Numbered from the stretch's first letter, positions 1 to 8,423 are shown. The stretch is DNA of 12,982 nucleotides from an uncultured cyanobacterium (GCA_963807635.1 CAWEDJ010000103.1:1-12982), one strand, 5' to 3'. Translations and numbers: made by a program. The notes: generated from the letters alone by a model not told the origin.

Positions 1-125
1 TAGTTATCAATAAATTGGCGGTTACAGGTCACACAAATATGATTTTGCTTGCCTTGTTTATTGAAACCATTTTTACGGATATGGGTAGATTTACACTCAG
101 GACATTGCATTTTGATTTCCTCCAT
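1..125 (-). CDS. IS1-family transposase, InsA-like zinc-ribbon N-terminus (partial, runs off the left edge)
   Basis: Manual minus-strand translation, not in the ORF track: (MEEIK)MQCPECKSTHIRKNGFNKQGKQNHICVTCNRQFIDN. The CPxC...KNG...GKQ.(Y/H).C..C.RQF pattern is the IS1 InsA signature. ATG at 125 or 110. Confidence 0.9.
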   Translation of the reverse strand, partial: MEEIKMQCPECKSTHIRKNGFNKQGKQNHICVTCNRQFIDN

Positions 126-148
126 TCATATCTCTATTATGCAACACC
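1..148 (-). mobile_element. End of an IS1-family insertion sequence; probable terminal inverted repeat at ~125-148
   Basis: Minus strand from 148 reads GGTGTTGCATAATAGAGATATGAATGG. IS1-family ends start with GG(T/C), and this lies just upstream of the InsA start. The partner end is outside the window. Confidence 0.7.
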
Positions 149-273
149 AAAAAATCTTCATCAAAAAATGAATCATAACGCTGATCAACTAGGTCTCTAT
201 CTTGAATAGAATCAAAAAATAGCTCGTCTTTGATAAGTTGCTCAATATATATTTGAATTTCGCTTTCTTTCAT
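149..273 (-). pseudogene. 5' fragment of an unknown ORF interrupted by the IS1 element
   Basis: ATG at 273 opens MKESEIQIYIEQLIKDELFFDSIQDRDLVDQRYDSFFDEDF, which stays open up to the inferred IS end at 148. Confidence 0.45.
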
Positions 274-404
274 ATTTTTAAAGCTTCAATAATTTAAAAA
301 AAGTTTTATATGTTCTAACAAGTGAAAGTTACAATGAAGGCTCTCAAGCACTAATTTCTTATTACTATACACTATAGCTTCATACGGTACAGCTAATTCA
401 AAAT

Positions 405-440
405 AAAAAACCTCCTATTAATTAAAACAGAAGGAATTTT
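405..440 (-). terminator. Possible intrinsic terminator downstream of desC
   Basis: Minus strand CCTTCTGTT-loop-AATAGGAGG (with G:U pairs) followed by a T run, about 30 nt after the desC stop. The stem is imperfect. Confidence 0.35.
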
Positions 441-468
441 ATTAATCATTATTTGGAGAGCCTAAAAC

Positions 469-1320
469 TTAAGCAACACCATCTTGTTTCAGTTGATTAC
501 TAGGAGGCAATTTGATATCGGACGCTAAACCTAGAATGTTTAACAAACGAATCGTCATCCAAGTCAAATCCACTTCCCACCATTGCAAACCATGACGGGC
601 TGAATATTGATAGGCATGGTGATTATTGTGCCAACCTTCGCCAAACGTTAGGAGAGCAACCCACCAACAATTGCGGGAATGATCCTTGGATTCATGGCTC
701 TGGTATCCAAATTTATGGGTTGCGCTGTTGACAAACCAGGTGAAATGGAAAACCAGCACCAAGCGGACAAAAATTCCCCAAATCACAAAGCTCCATCCGC
801 CTAAAGCAAAAAGCCCTAATCCTAAAACAACTTGAATAGGAATAAAATATTTATCGCAAAACTGATAAAAAGGATCATCAGAGATATCTTTTGTAAAACG
901 AGGAATTTCTTTCTTGGCGGGATTATCAACCATCATCCAACCAATATGACTCCACCAAAAACCGCGATTAGAATCATGGGGATCTTGCTGGGTGTCGGAA
1001 AATTTATGGTGCATTCGGTGTAAGCCAATCCAGCCGAAGGGGCCGCCTTGACAAGCCAGAGTACCGCAAAATACTAAACAGTATTCTACCCATTTGGGAA
1101 CGGTAAAACTCCGATGGGAAACGAGGCGATGAAAGCCCAAGGTGATACCCAGACCACCCGTAATCCAGTAGAGTAAAAAAGCGACTCCGATCGCCTTCCA
1201 ACTAAAGAACTGGGGTAGGAATGCGAGTAACGCAAACAGATGAACGATGCCTAGATAGAGGATAACTCCCCAATCCAGGGGAAGTTTTTCATTGGAGTTA
1301 TTAGGAAGCGCAGCAGTCAT
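469..1320 (-). CDS. desC: Acyl-lipid delta-9 desaturase
   Basis: His boxes HRLVSH, HRMHH and HNNHH; GEGWHNNHHAYQYSARHG motif; hydrophobic membrane segments; 283 aa. Confidence 0.95.
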   Translation of the reverse strand: MTAALPNNSNEKLPLDWGVILYLGIVHLFALLAFLPQFFSWKAIGVAFLLYWITGGLGITLGFHRLVSHRSFTVPKWVEYCLVFCGTLACQGGPFGWIGLHRMHHKFSDTQQDPHDSNRGFWWSHIGWMMVDNPAKKEIPRFTKDISDDPFYQFCDKYFIPIQVVLGLGLFALGGWSFVIWGIFVRLVLVFHFTWFVNSATHKFGYQSHESKDHSRNCWWVALLTFGEGWHNNHHAYQYSARHGLQWWEVDLTWMTIRLLNILGLASDIKLPPSNQLKQDGVA

Positions 1321-1558
1321 TTAAGAACCTATAGAAAAAATTAAAGAAGTCGCTAAACAGCCAAAATTAAGCTAATGATTTTCAGTTACGTTTTGACAAT
1401 AGAAAAATTAATAAATTAAGTCTTTATCCTTTTTTAAAGAATTTTTGAGGGATTTATTTTACATAACTGAATTAACACAAAGCAAATAGAGAAATTTGAC
1501 ATTAGGTAATTTTAGAAGTTGAATCTAGTAAGGACTAGAGAAACATTTAAACTGACCC

Positions 1559-2788
1559 ATGAACAATTTAGCACTCCTCAAAGAAGCAGAAAATATATTA
1601 ATCCCGATTTTTTCTGAAATTGACACAAAGGTCAAGCAAAATCTGAAAAAAGTTTTAGCAGCCTTTCGAGATCATCGGGTAGGAGTCCATCACTTTGCGA
1701 GTGTGAGCGGCTACGGTCATGATGATTTGGGACGAGAGACACTAGATCGGGTTTTTGCTCAGATTATGGGAGCAGAAGCCGCCATTGTTAGAGTCCAGTT
1801 GGTTTCTGGTACTCATGCGATCGCCTGTGCCTTGTATGGGATATTGCGACCTGGGGACGAGCTACTAGCTGTCATGGGCGCGCCCTACGATACTTTAGAA
1901 GAAGTTATCGGCGTGAGAGGTCACGGACAAGGCTCCCTGTCTGAGTTTAACATTTCCTATCGAGAATTAACGTTAACCCATCAAGGATCAGTGGATTGGG
2001 AAGGGTTGAAAACTGCCATTAAACCCCACACTCGCATGGCATTGATTCAGCGTTCCTGTGGTTATTCCTGGCGTTCTAGTTTGTCTATCGACGAAATTGA
2101 GGAGATTATTCGCATTATCAAACACCAAAATCCCCAGACGGTTTGTTTTGTGGATAACTGCTATGGAGAGTTTATTGAAGACCGAGAACCGACTGCGGTT
2201 GGGGCAGATCTCATGGCAGGATCACTGATCAAAAATCCAGGGGGAACCATCGCAACGGCAGGGGGATATTTAGCAGGGAAACCAGAATTTGTCGAAGCGG
2301 CGGCTTGTCGTTTGACGGCTCCAGGCATTGGCTCAGAAGGCGGAGCGACCTTTGATCAAAATCGGTTATTATTCCAAGGGCTTTTTCTCGCGCCCCAGAT
2401 GGTCGGTGAAGCGGTCAAGGGAACCCATTTAATGGCCTATATCTTTGACAAGTTGGGTTATGGGGTGAATCCTTTGCCGTTGGTTCCCCGTCGAGATGTG
2501 ATTCAAGCGATTAAGTTAGGCTCTCCTGAAAAACTAATTGCTTTTTGTAAAGCGATTCAATCCGTTTCTCCCGTTGGCTCCTATCTTGATCCTGTTCCTG
2601 CGACGATGCCAGGCTATGAAAGTGAAGTGGTGATGGCGGGCGGTTCCTTTATCGATGGCAGTACCTCGGAATTTTCGGCGGATGGCCCGTTACGCGAACC
2701 CTATACGGTTTTTTGTCAGGGCGCGACCCATTGGACTCATGTGGCGATCGCGTTGGAATCAATTTTGGAATCCTTTGAGAAAATTTGA
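1559..2788 (+). CDS. Methionine gamma-lyase family PLP enzyme (YnbB / 'aluminium resistance protein' family)
   Basis: GYGHDDLGR, VSGTHAI, IQRSCGY, FVDNCYGEF, GSLIKNPGG (PLP lysine) and MPGY...MAGGSFIDGSTSEFSADGP motifs; 409 aa. Confidence 0.92.
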   Translation: MNNLALLKEAENILIPIFSEIDTKVKQNLKKVLAAFRDHRVGVHHFASVSGYGHDDLGRETLDRVFAQIMGAEAAIVRVQLVSGTHAIACALYGILRPGDELLAVMGAPYDTLEEVIGVRGHGQGSLSEFNISYRELTLTHQGSVDWEGLKTAIKPHTRMALIQRSCGYSWRSSLSIDEIEEIIRIIKHQNPQTVCFVDNCYGEFIEDREPTAVGADLMAGSLIKNPGGTIATAGGYLAGKPEFVEAAACRLTAPGIGSEGGATFDQNRLLFQGLFLAPQMVGEAVKGTHLMAYIFDKLGYGVNPLPLVPRRDVIQAIKLGSPEKLIAFCKAIQSVSPVGSYLDPVPATMPGYESEVVMAGGSFIDGSTSEFSADGPLREPYTVFCQGATHWTHVAIALESILESFEKI

Positions 2789-2791
2789 ATA

Positions 2792-2824
2792 AAGCCCCCT
2801 AAATCCCCCAATTCTGGGGGACTT
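2792..2824. repeat. GC-rich REP-like hairpin between convergent genes; possible terminator
   Basis: AAGCCCCCTAAATCCCCCAATTCTGGGGGACTT contains the 7-bp stem TCCCCCA (2804-2810) / TGGGGGA (2815-2821) with an ATTC loop, between the stops at 2788 and 2848. Confidence 0.6.
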
Positions 2825-2847
2825 GTTGATATTAATAGGGTAAAAAA

Positions 2848-3408
2848 TTACCTAATGTTTTTATCGCGGCAACCTAAGCTATCTCTCGTTGCTACGCCTG
2901 TTTTAGGGTTAATTCCCTCTGCCCTTTCACACATTAAAGAAACTTGATAATTGTCGATAATGGTATTACTAAAATCTGCTCCCGTAATAATCGTGTCATA
3001 GAAACGGGTGCGGGTGGCGATCGCGTCGGTAAAAATCGCATTAGTTAGATCAGCAAAATCGAGGGTTACTCGGTCAATCAACGCAGAGGTAAAATCGGCA
3101 TTTTGTAAATTAGCTTTTAATAAAATAGCTTCGGTCATGATGGAAAAGGATAAATCGGAATTCTCCAAACTAATTCCCCGCATATCGGCGGCGGCAAAGG
3201 AGGCTCGAACAAATTTTTGATCGGAAAAGTCTTGGTCGTGCAAGTCTGCGTAGGTATAGTTAGCAATATTATCAACTGCCATTACAGGTAAGGCTGTGAA
3301 CACGATAAAGGCGATCGCGAAACTAATCACAAATAAAAGTTTTAGGCAGAATTTAATTGAGATTTGTAAGGAGTGAATAGGCGACATTGAATAATCCTGA
3401 ATGATCAT
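2848..3408 (-). CDS. Pentapeptide repeat protein with an N-terminal signal-like hydrophobic segment
   Basis: A(D/N)(L/F)xx repeats ([30 protein letters not shown]) and a C-terminal C...[14 protein letters not shown] typical of cyanobacterial lumenal/periplasmic PRPs. The true start may be a downstream Met. Confidence 0.92.
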   Translation of the reverse strand: MIIQDYSMSPIHSLQISIKFCLKLLFVISFAIAFIVFTALPVMAVDNIANYTYADLHDQDFSDQKFVRASFAAADMRGISLENSDLSFSIMTEAILLKANLQNADFTSALIDRVTLDFADLTNAIFTDAIATRTRFYDTIITGADFSNTIIDNYQVSLMCERAEGINPKTGVATRDSLGCRDKNIR

Positions 3409-3460
3409 TGTGATTGTTTAGAATTAATTTTTCGTAAATTGGCGATCAAGTCAATTCTAT

Positions 3461-4353
3461 TTATTTTCCTGATTGACTATTATTTGGACGGGGGAAACGT
3501 GCCATCAATTCGCGAACCTGTTCGGCATGGTAGGAACTGCGGGTCAGAGGAGAAGAAACCACTTGCAAAAAGCCAATGGATTCCCCAAAAAGTCGCCAGG
3601 CTTCAAATTGTTCTGGGGTGACAAATTCTTGCACTCCTAAATGTTTTTGGGTCGGTTGGAGATACTGCCCCAAGGTCAAAATATCACAATCGACTGCCCG
3701 TAAATCTTCCATAACTTGGCGAATTTCTGCATCTGTTTCCCCTAATCCCACCATTAAGCCCGATTTGGTGTAGGTACTAGGCGCGATCGCACGGGTACGT
3801 TTCAATAATTCCAGCGATCGCCCATAATCTCCCTGGGGACGAGTCCGACGATAGAGACGCGGGATGGTTTCGGTATTGTGATTCAAAACTTCAGGACTGG
3901 CACTGAGAATAATGGCTAGAGCGTCCCAGTTTCCGCATAGGTCTGGAATGAGAACTTCAATGGTCGTTTTAGGGGAAATTTTCCGAGTTTCTTCAATGCA
4001 ACGCACAAATTGAGACGCACCACCATCGGGCAGATCATCGCGATTGACAGAAGTAATGACGACATGATTGAGATTTAAGCGTTTCACGGCTTCGGCTAAT
4101 CTGATCGGTTCTGTTGCATCCAAAGGTTGGGGCTTTTTTTCAAAATCGATATCACAGTAGGGACAGGCACGGGTGCAAGCTGGCCCATGATCAAAAAGGT
4201 TGCGGTTCCTGCCTGAAAGCATTCGCCAATATTGGGGCAAGATGCCTCTTCACAGACGGTATTGAGGGATAAATCGCGCAAAATCTCTTTGACACTGCCC
4301 ACTCGTTGCCATTGGGGTGCTTTTACTCTCAGCCATTCGGGTTTAACGGTCAC
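3461..4353 (-). CDS. lipA: Lipoyl synthase, split by a single-base frameshift at ~4182-4186
   Basis: ORF 4096-4353 gives KPEWLRVK and [12 protein letters not shown]...[11 protein letters not shown] 3461-4240 continues [12 protein letters not shown] (radical SAM CxxxCxxC), [22 protein letters not shown] and RSSYHA. Adding one base at ATGGGC^CAG restores MGPACT. GTG start with a GAGGAG RBS 6 nt upstream. Confidence 0.95.
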
Positions 4354-4506
4354 GGTTTACTCCTCGTCGATTTGGTGTTGTGTAGCTGATATAGTGCGGT
4401 GAATACCAAAAATTTTAAGATAGATTTATTATTATATAATTCATGCAGTTGATTAATGGGCGTTTTTTCTTATTATTACTGTCTTTCTAGATTAATGGTC
4501 TTTTCT

Positions 4507-5157
4507 ATGTCTCAAAAAAGAGAGCTATTTACCATCGGGCATTCCAATTTAAGTGAGGAAGATTTTATTCGTCATTTAAAACAGCATAACATCACGGCGT
4601 TGGCTGATGTGAGATCCCATCCCTATAGTCGTTATTTACCTCATTTTTGTCGGGATTATCTGAAGTTTTTGTTAAGGCAAAATAATATTCAATATGTTTT
4701 TTTAGGGGAGCAACTGGGAGCGAGACCAAGTGATCAGGATTGTTATGTTGAGGGAAAGGCAGTTTATGAAAAAATAGCGAATACGGTTGCTTTTCAGCAG
4801 GGTTTGGAGAGGGTCGTGATCGGTTCAGAAAAACATAGAATTGCGTTGATGTGTGCGGAGAAAGATCCGATTACTTGTCATCGAGCGATTTTGATTTGTC
4901 AATATTTACGAGATTGTGATCTGGATATTCATCATATTTTATTGAATGGAGATTTAGAGTCTCATTCTCAGCTTGAGGATCGTTTATTGGAATCTTTGGA
5001 TTTATTGCCTAAGCCTCAAGTTCAATTAAGTATTTTTGATGAGGTTAATAATATGATTAATGGAGTAGTCAATATTTCTAGACAAGATTTATTAGCTAAT
5101 GCTTATATAAAAACCGGTGACAAAAATGCTTATCAATTACCTAACATCAAAAGTTAG
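4507..5157 (+). CDS. DUF488 family protein
   Basis: LFTIGHS, LADVRS.PYSR..PHF, LGARP and ALMCAEKDP..CHR motifs. The likely start is ATG 4507 (MSQKRELFTIGHS) rather than 4456. Confidence 0.9.
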   Translation: MSQKRELFTIGHSNLSEEDFIRHLKQHNITALADVRSHPYSRYLPHFCRDYLKFLLRQNNIQYVFLGEQLGARPSDQDCYVEGKAVYEKIANTVAFQQGLERVVIGSEKHRIALMCAEKDPITCHRAILICQYLRDCDLDIHHILLNGDLESHSQLEDRLLESLDLLPKPQVQLSIFDEVNNMINGVVNISRQDLLANAYIKTGDKNAYQLPNIKS

Positions 5158-5160
5158 TTT

Positions 5161-5185
5161 TTATTTAATATATGGTATTAAATAA
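5161..5185. promoter_or_regulatory. Perfect AT-only inverted repeat (10-bp arms, 5-nt loop), function unknown
   Basis: TTATTTAATA-TATGG-TATTAAATAA, starting 4 nt after the DUF488 stop. Confidence 0.4.
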
Positions 5186-5328
5186 TCAGAAAAAATTGTA
5201 TATTTTCAAATATTGACTCAAAGAAACATTTAATATTTCTGTTGCTTTATGATTTAATTTAATTTATTGCAAAATGAACAGACTTTTTATAAATTTACAA
5301 GTACTTAAAAATAAAGTCAAATCAAATT

Positions 5329-8067
5329 ATGAATAAAATTATTACTCCTGAAATCATCGTTTCTTACGCCCAATGTCCTCGTAAAGCATATCTATTGTTG
5401 TTTTCTAATGAGGTTGGCAGACATAATCAATATATCACTATTATTGAAAAACAAAAATCTATTAATCAAAATAAATACATAAATAATCTGAGTAAACAGT
5501 ATCCTGCTTCAATATCTTTTAATAACAAGAACTTGGGGGAAAGTAGCGATTTTTTAATTAATACAGAAATCCAAATTGAAAATAATAAAATAGCTTGTTG
5601 TATTCTGACAAAAACACTCTCTCCTTCATTGTTAGGTGAATACAGTTATGAACCAACAATTTTTATTGGAACACACCATATTAGCAACGAACAAAAGTTA
5701 GAATTAATCTTTATTGGATATATTTTAGGGGAAATTCAAGGTCAACTACCTGCAAGGGGTTGGATTATTGATGGTGGACTAAAATCCCATCAAGTCAGAC
5801 TAGAAAATGGTTATAAAATTTTAAATCCTATACTTGAAGACCTACAAAAACTAACTCAATCTACTCCACCTAAAATTCCTCCCCTCATCTTAAATAAACA
5901 CTGTACTTACTGCGAATTTCAGAATTTATGCCAAGTGCAGGCTGAACAAGATGATAATCTGAGTCTATTGGATCACGCTACTTCAAAAGTTATTCGACAC
6001 TATGAGAAGAAAGGGATTTTTACGATTAAACAACTTTCCTACTTGTACAAACCTCGACGACGCAATAAACGAAAAAAGAAGGCCCCAATACAATTGCATA
6101 AATTAGAGTTACAGGCTTTAGCGATTAGAACAAATAAGATTTATATTCATGAATTACCTAAATTGAACAGAAAACCTATCGAACTATTTTTTGATATTGA
6201 GGGAATTCCAGATCAGAATTATGAGTATCTTCTCGGATTGCTTGTGTGTCATGAAAACAAATCATGCAATCACTATTCTTTTTGGGCAGATACTTGTGAA
6301 GATGAATATGTAATATGGCAACAGTTTATAGAAGTAGTTAATCAATATCCAGATGCACCTATTTATCATTATGGAGATTATGAATTGCGGGCGATCAACA
6401 AATTAGCGAAATCTTATGAATCAAATTTAAGTGTGGATATTGAAAGTATTAAAAAACGCCTTGTTAATATTAATACTTACATTTATGGTCGAATATATTT
6501 TCCTGTCTATTCAAATAGATTGAAAACTATTGGTCGTTTTATTGGAGCTTCTTGGACATCTCCAGAAGCATCTGGGCTACAAAGTCTTGTCTGGAGATAC
6601 CATTGGGACAGTACAAAAGATGAAAGCTACAAAAATTCACTACTGATTTATAATAGCGAAGATTGTCAATCCTTGAAATTATTAACGGATAAACTTTCCA
6701 CAATTAAGGATTCTGCTGACACCTTATCCGAGATTGATTTTGTAGATCAGTCTAAACGATCGACAACAGAAATAGGCACTGAACTACACGATCAGCTTGA
6801 CACGATTCTCAAAATTGCTCATGGTGACTATGATAGAAAAAAAATTAGTTTTCAGGATGGCACAAATAGCAATAGAGAAAAGTTAAAACGCGGAGGTCAA
6901 AAAGGACACCAAGGTTACACAAAATTACTTCCAAAAGCACACAAAGTCATTTATTTTGCCACAAGATTGGAATGTCCGAAACATGAACATGGTGGCCAAC
7001 CTCTAATCGAGTCAACCCGAACTACAGAATCTACAATTGTCGATCTCATTTTTGTCAAGAATGCCATCAAAAAAGTAATTATAAAATATGTGAGAAAAAA
7101 GGGTTTCTGTTCAGAATGCAATAAATACTATAATCCCTCGGAAATGATGCTAGAATTAGGCTATTTTTCGTATGGACATGGTATTCAAGCATGGGTTGTG
7201 TATCACCGATTGTTTCTACGCTTACCTTACAGAGTTATTGCAGAAACATTAGAAGATCAATTTGGAGAAAAAATTGGTAAGAGTTCGCTCACAAATTTTT
7301 TAAAATATTTTAGTAACTATTATGTTGAAACGGAAAAATTTCTTATCGATAAAATGCTAAGAAGTCCTTTTATTCATGCAGATGAGACGGTTGTTAATAT
7401 TCAAGGTTTTGATCAATATGTTTGGGTATTTACAGATGGAATTCATGTTGTTTTTAAGCTCACTCCAACGAGAGAAGCCGCTATCATCCATGAATTTTTA
7501 GGTAATTATGCTGGAACCCTAATTTCAGATTTTTATGCGGGATATGACTCCGTTCAATGTAAGCAACAAAAGTGTTGGGTACATTTAATTCGAGACATGA
7601 ACGATGATTTATGGAAGGCTCCCTTTGATATAGAGTATGAAAGCTTTATATTAGAAGTACGCAATCTGATTGTGCCTATTTTACAAAGTGTCGAGGAGCA
7701 TGGATTAAAAACTAAAAAACTTAGTAAATTTAATTCTAGTGTTGAAAAATTTTATGAAGATACAATTAACAAAAATTATAAATCTGAGTTAACACTCAAA
7801 TATCAAAAGCGATTATTGCGCTACAGAGAAAGTTTGTTTACTTTTCTTAACGAAGATAATATTCCCTGGAATAATAATATGGGAGAACGTGCGATTAGAC
7901 ACTTAGCTGTTCAAAGGAAAATTTCAGGTACTTTCTTTGAATCTATGATGCCTCACTACTTGTTGCTTCTTGGAATTATGCAAACCTGCCGATTTCAAGA
8001 TAAATCCTTCCTTCAATTTCTCTTGTCGAAAGAAAAAAATATTGATAAATTCAAAAAGAAAAAATAA
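5329..8067 (+). CDS. Fusion: TM0106-family RecB/Cas4-like domain + RNase_H_2 (DEDD-type) exonuclease + IS66-family zinc finger and DDE transposase
   Basis: N-terminus: YAQCPRKAYL (C16) and HCTYCEFQNLC (C192/C195/C201). HhH-like segment KKGIFTIKQL. Exonuclease motifs FFDIEG (D289/E291), YHYGDYE and YNSEDC (D445). IS66 motifs RGGQKGHQG, CPKH...CSEC, IHADET (D685), LISDFYAGY (D734), QKCWVHLIR and NNMGERAIR...RKISG (E853). Confidence 0.88.
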   Translation: MNKIITPEIIVSYAQCPRKAYLLLFSNEVGRHNQYITIIEKQKSINQNKYINNLSKQYPASISFNNKNLGESSDFLINTEIQIENNKIACCILTKTLSPSLLGEYSYEPTIFIGTHHISNEQKLELIFIGYILGEIQGQLPARGWIIDGGLKSHQVRLENGYKILNPILEDLQKLTQSTPPKIPPLILNKHCTYCEFQNLCQVQAEQDDNLSLLDHATSKVIRHYEKKGIFTIKQLSYLYKPRRRNKRKKKAPIQLHKLELQALAIRTNKIYIHELPKLNRKPIELFFDIEGIPDQNYEYLLGLLVCHENKSCNHYSFWADTCEDEYVIWQQFIEVVNQYPDAPIYHYGDYELRAINKLAKSYESNLSVDIESIKKRLVNINTYIYGRIYFPVYSNRLKTIGRFIGASWTSPEASGLQSLVWRYHWDSTKDESYKNSLLIYNSEDCQSLKLLTDKLSTIKDSADTLSEIDFVDQSKRSTTEIGTELHDQLDTILKIAHGDYDRKKISFQDGTNSNREKLKRGGQKGHQGYTKLLPKAHKVIYFATRLECPKHEHGGQPLIESTRTTESTIVDLIFVKNAIKKVIIKYVRKKGFCSECNKYYNPSEMMLELGYFSYGHGIQAWVVYHRLFLRLPYRVIAETLEDQFGEKIGKSSLTNFLKYFSNYYVETEKFLIDKMLRSPFIHADETVVNIQGFDQYVWVFTDGIHVVFKLTPTREAAIIHEFLGNYAGTLISDFYAGYDSVQCKQQKCWVHLIRDMNDDLWKAPFDIEYESFILEVRNLIVPILQSVEEHGLKTKKLSKFNSSVEKFYEDTINKNYKSELTLKYQKRLLRYRESLFTFLNEDNIPWNNNMGERAIRHLAVQRKISGTFFESMMPHYLLLLGIMQTCRFQDKSFLQFLLSKEKNIDKFKKKK

Positions 8068-8100
8068 TAATCAAACAAATATTCTCATATTTTCCCAACG

Positions 8101-8141
8101 TTGATCGCGTTTAGTTGGTTTAAAGGGAAATAGGCGATCGC
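8101..8141 (+). repeat. HIP1-bounded direct repeat, copy 1
   Basis: ttGATCGC-GTTTAGTTGGTTTAAAGGGAAATAG-GCGATCGC (25-nt core). Confidence 0.9.
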
Positions 8142-8148
8142 AAAAAAG

Positions 8149-8157
8149 TGTTAAAAT
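8149..8157 (+). promoter_or_regulatory. Putative extended -10 promoter for the DUF433/DUF5615 operon
   Basis: TG-T-TAAAAT, 33 nt upstream of ATG 8191 and just after repeat copy 1. Confidence 0.45.
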
Positions 8158-8181
8158 AATTAGAGTGTCCTTTCAAAATAG

Positions 8182-8412
<231 letters not shown>

Positions 8413-8423
8413 AATTGTAAACC

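Noticed and set aside
15..209. 64-aa plus-strand ORF
   Set aside because: Antisense shadow of the IS1 InsA frame and IS end; no recognisable motif.
1321..1558. NtcA or RpaB (HLR1) sites in the divergent desC promoter region
   Set aside because: Only half-site-like words (GTTAC, TTTACATA) without correctly spaced partners were seen.
832..3773. Small ORFs 832-1023, 1004-1201, 3008-3220, 3439-3621 and 3576-3773
   Set aside because: They overlap desC, the pentapeptide gene or lipA in antisense or alternative frames and show no motifs.
4096..4353. 85-aa and 259-aa ORFs as two separate genes, or a programmed frameshift in lipA
   Set aside because: They are two halves of one lipA. There is no slippery heptamer at the junction, so an indel is the simpler explanation.
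5207..8083. CAAATATT at 5207-5214 and 8076-8083 as an 8-bp IS66 target-site duplication
   Set aside because: The enclosed ends (GACTCAAAG... and ...AATCAAA) are not inverted repeats, and an 8-mer match is unremarkable in very AT-rich DNA. It is worth revisiting only with an empty-site comparison.
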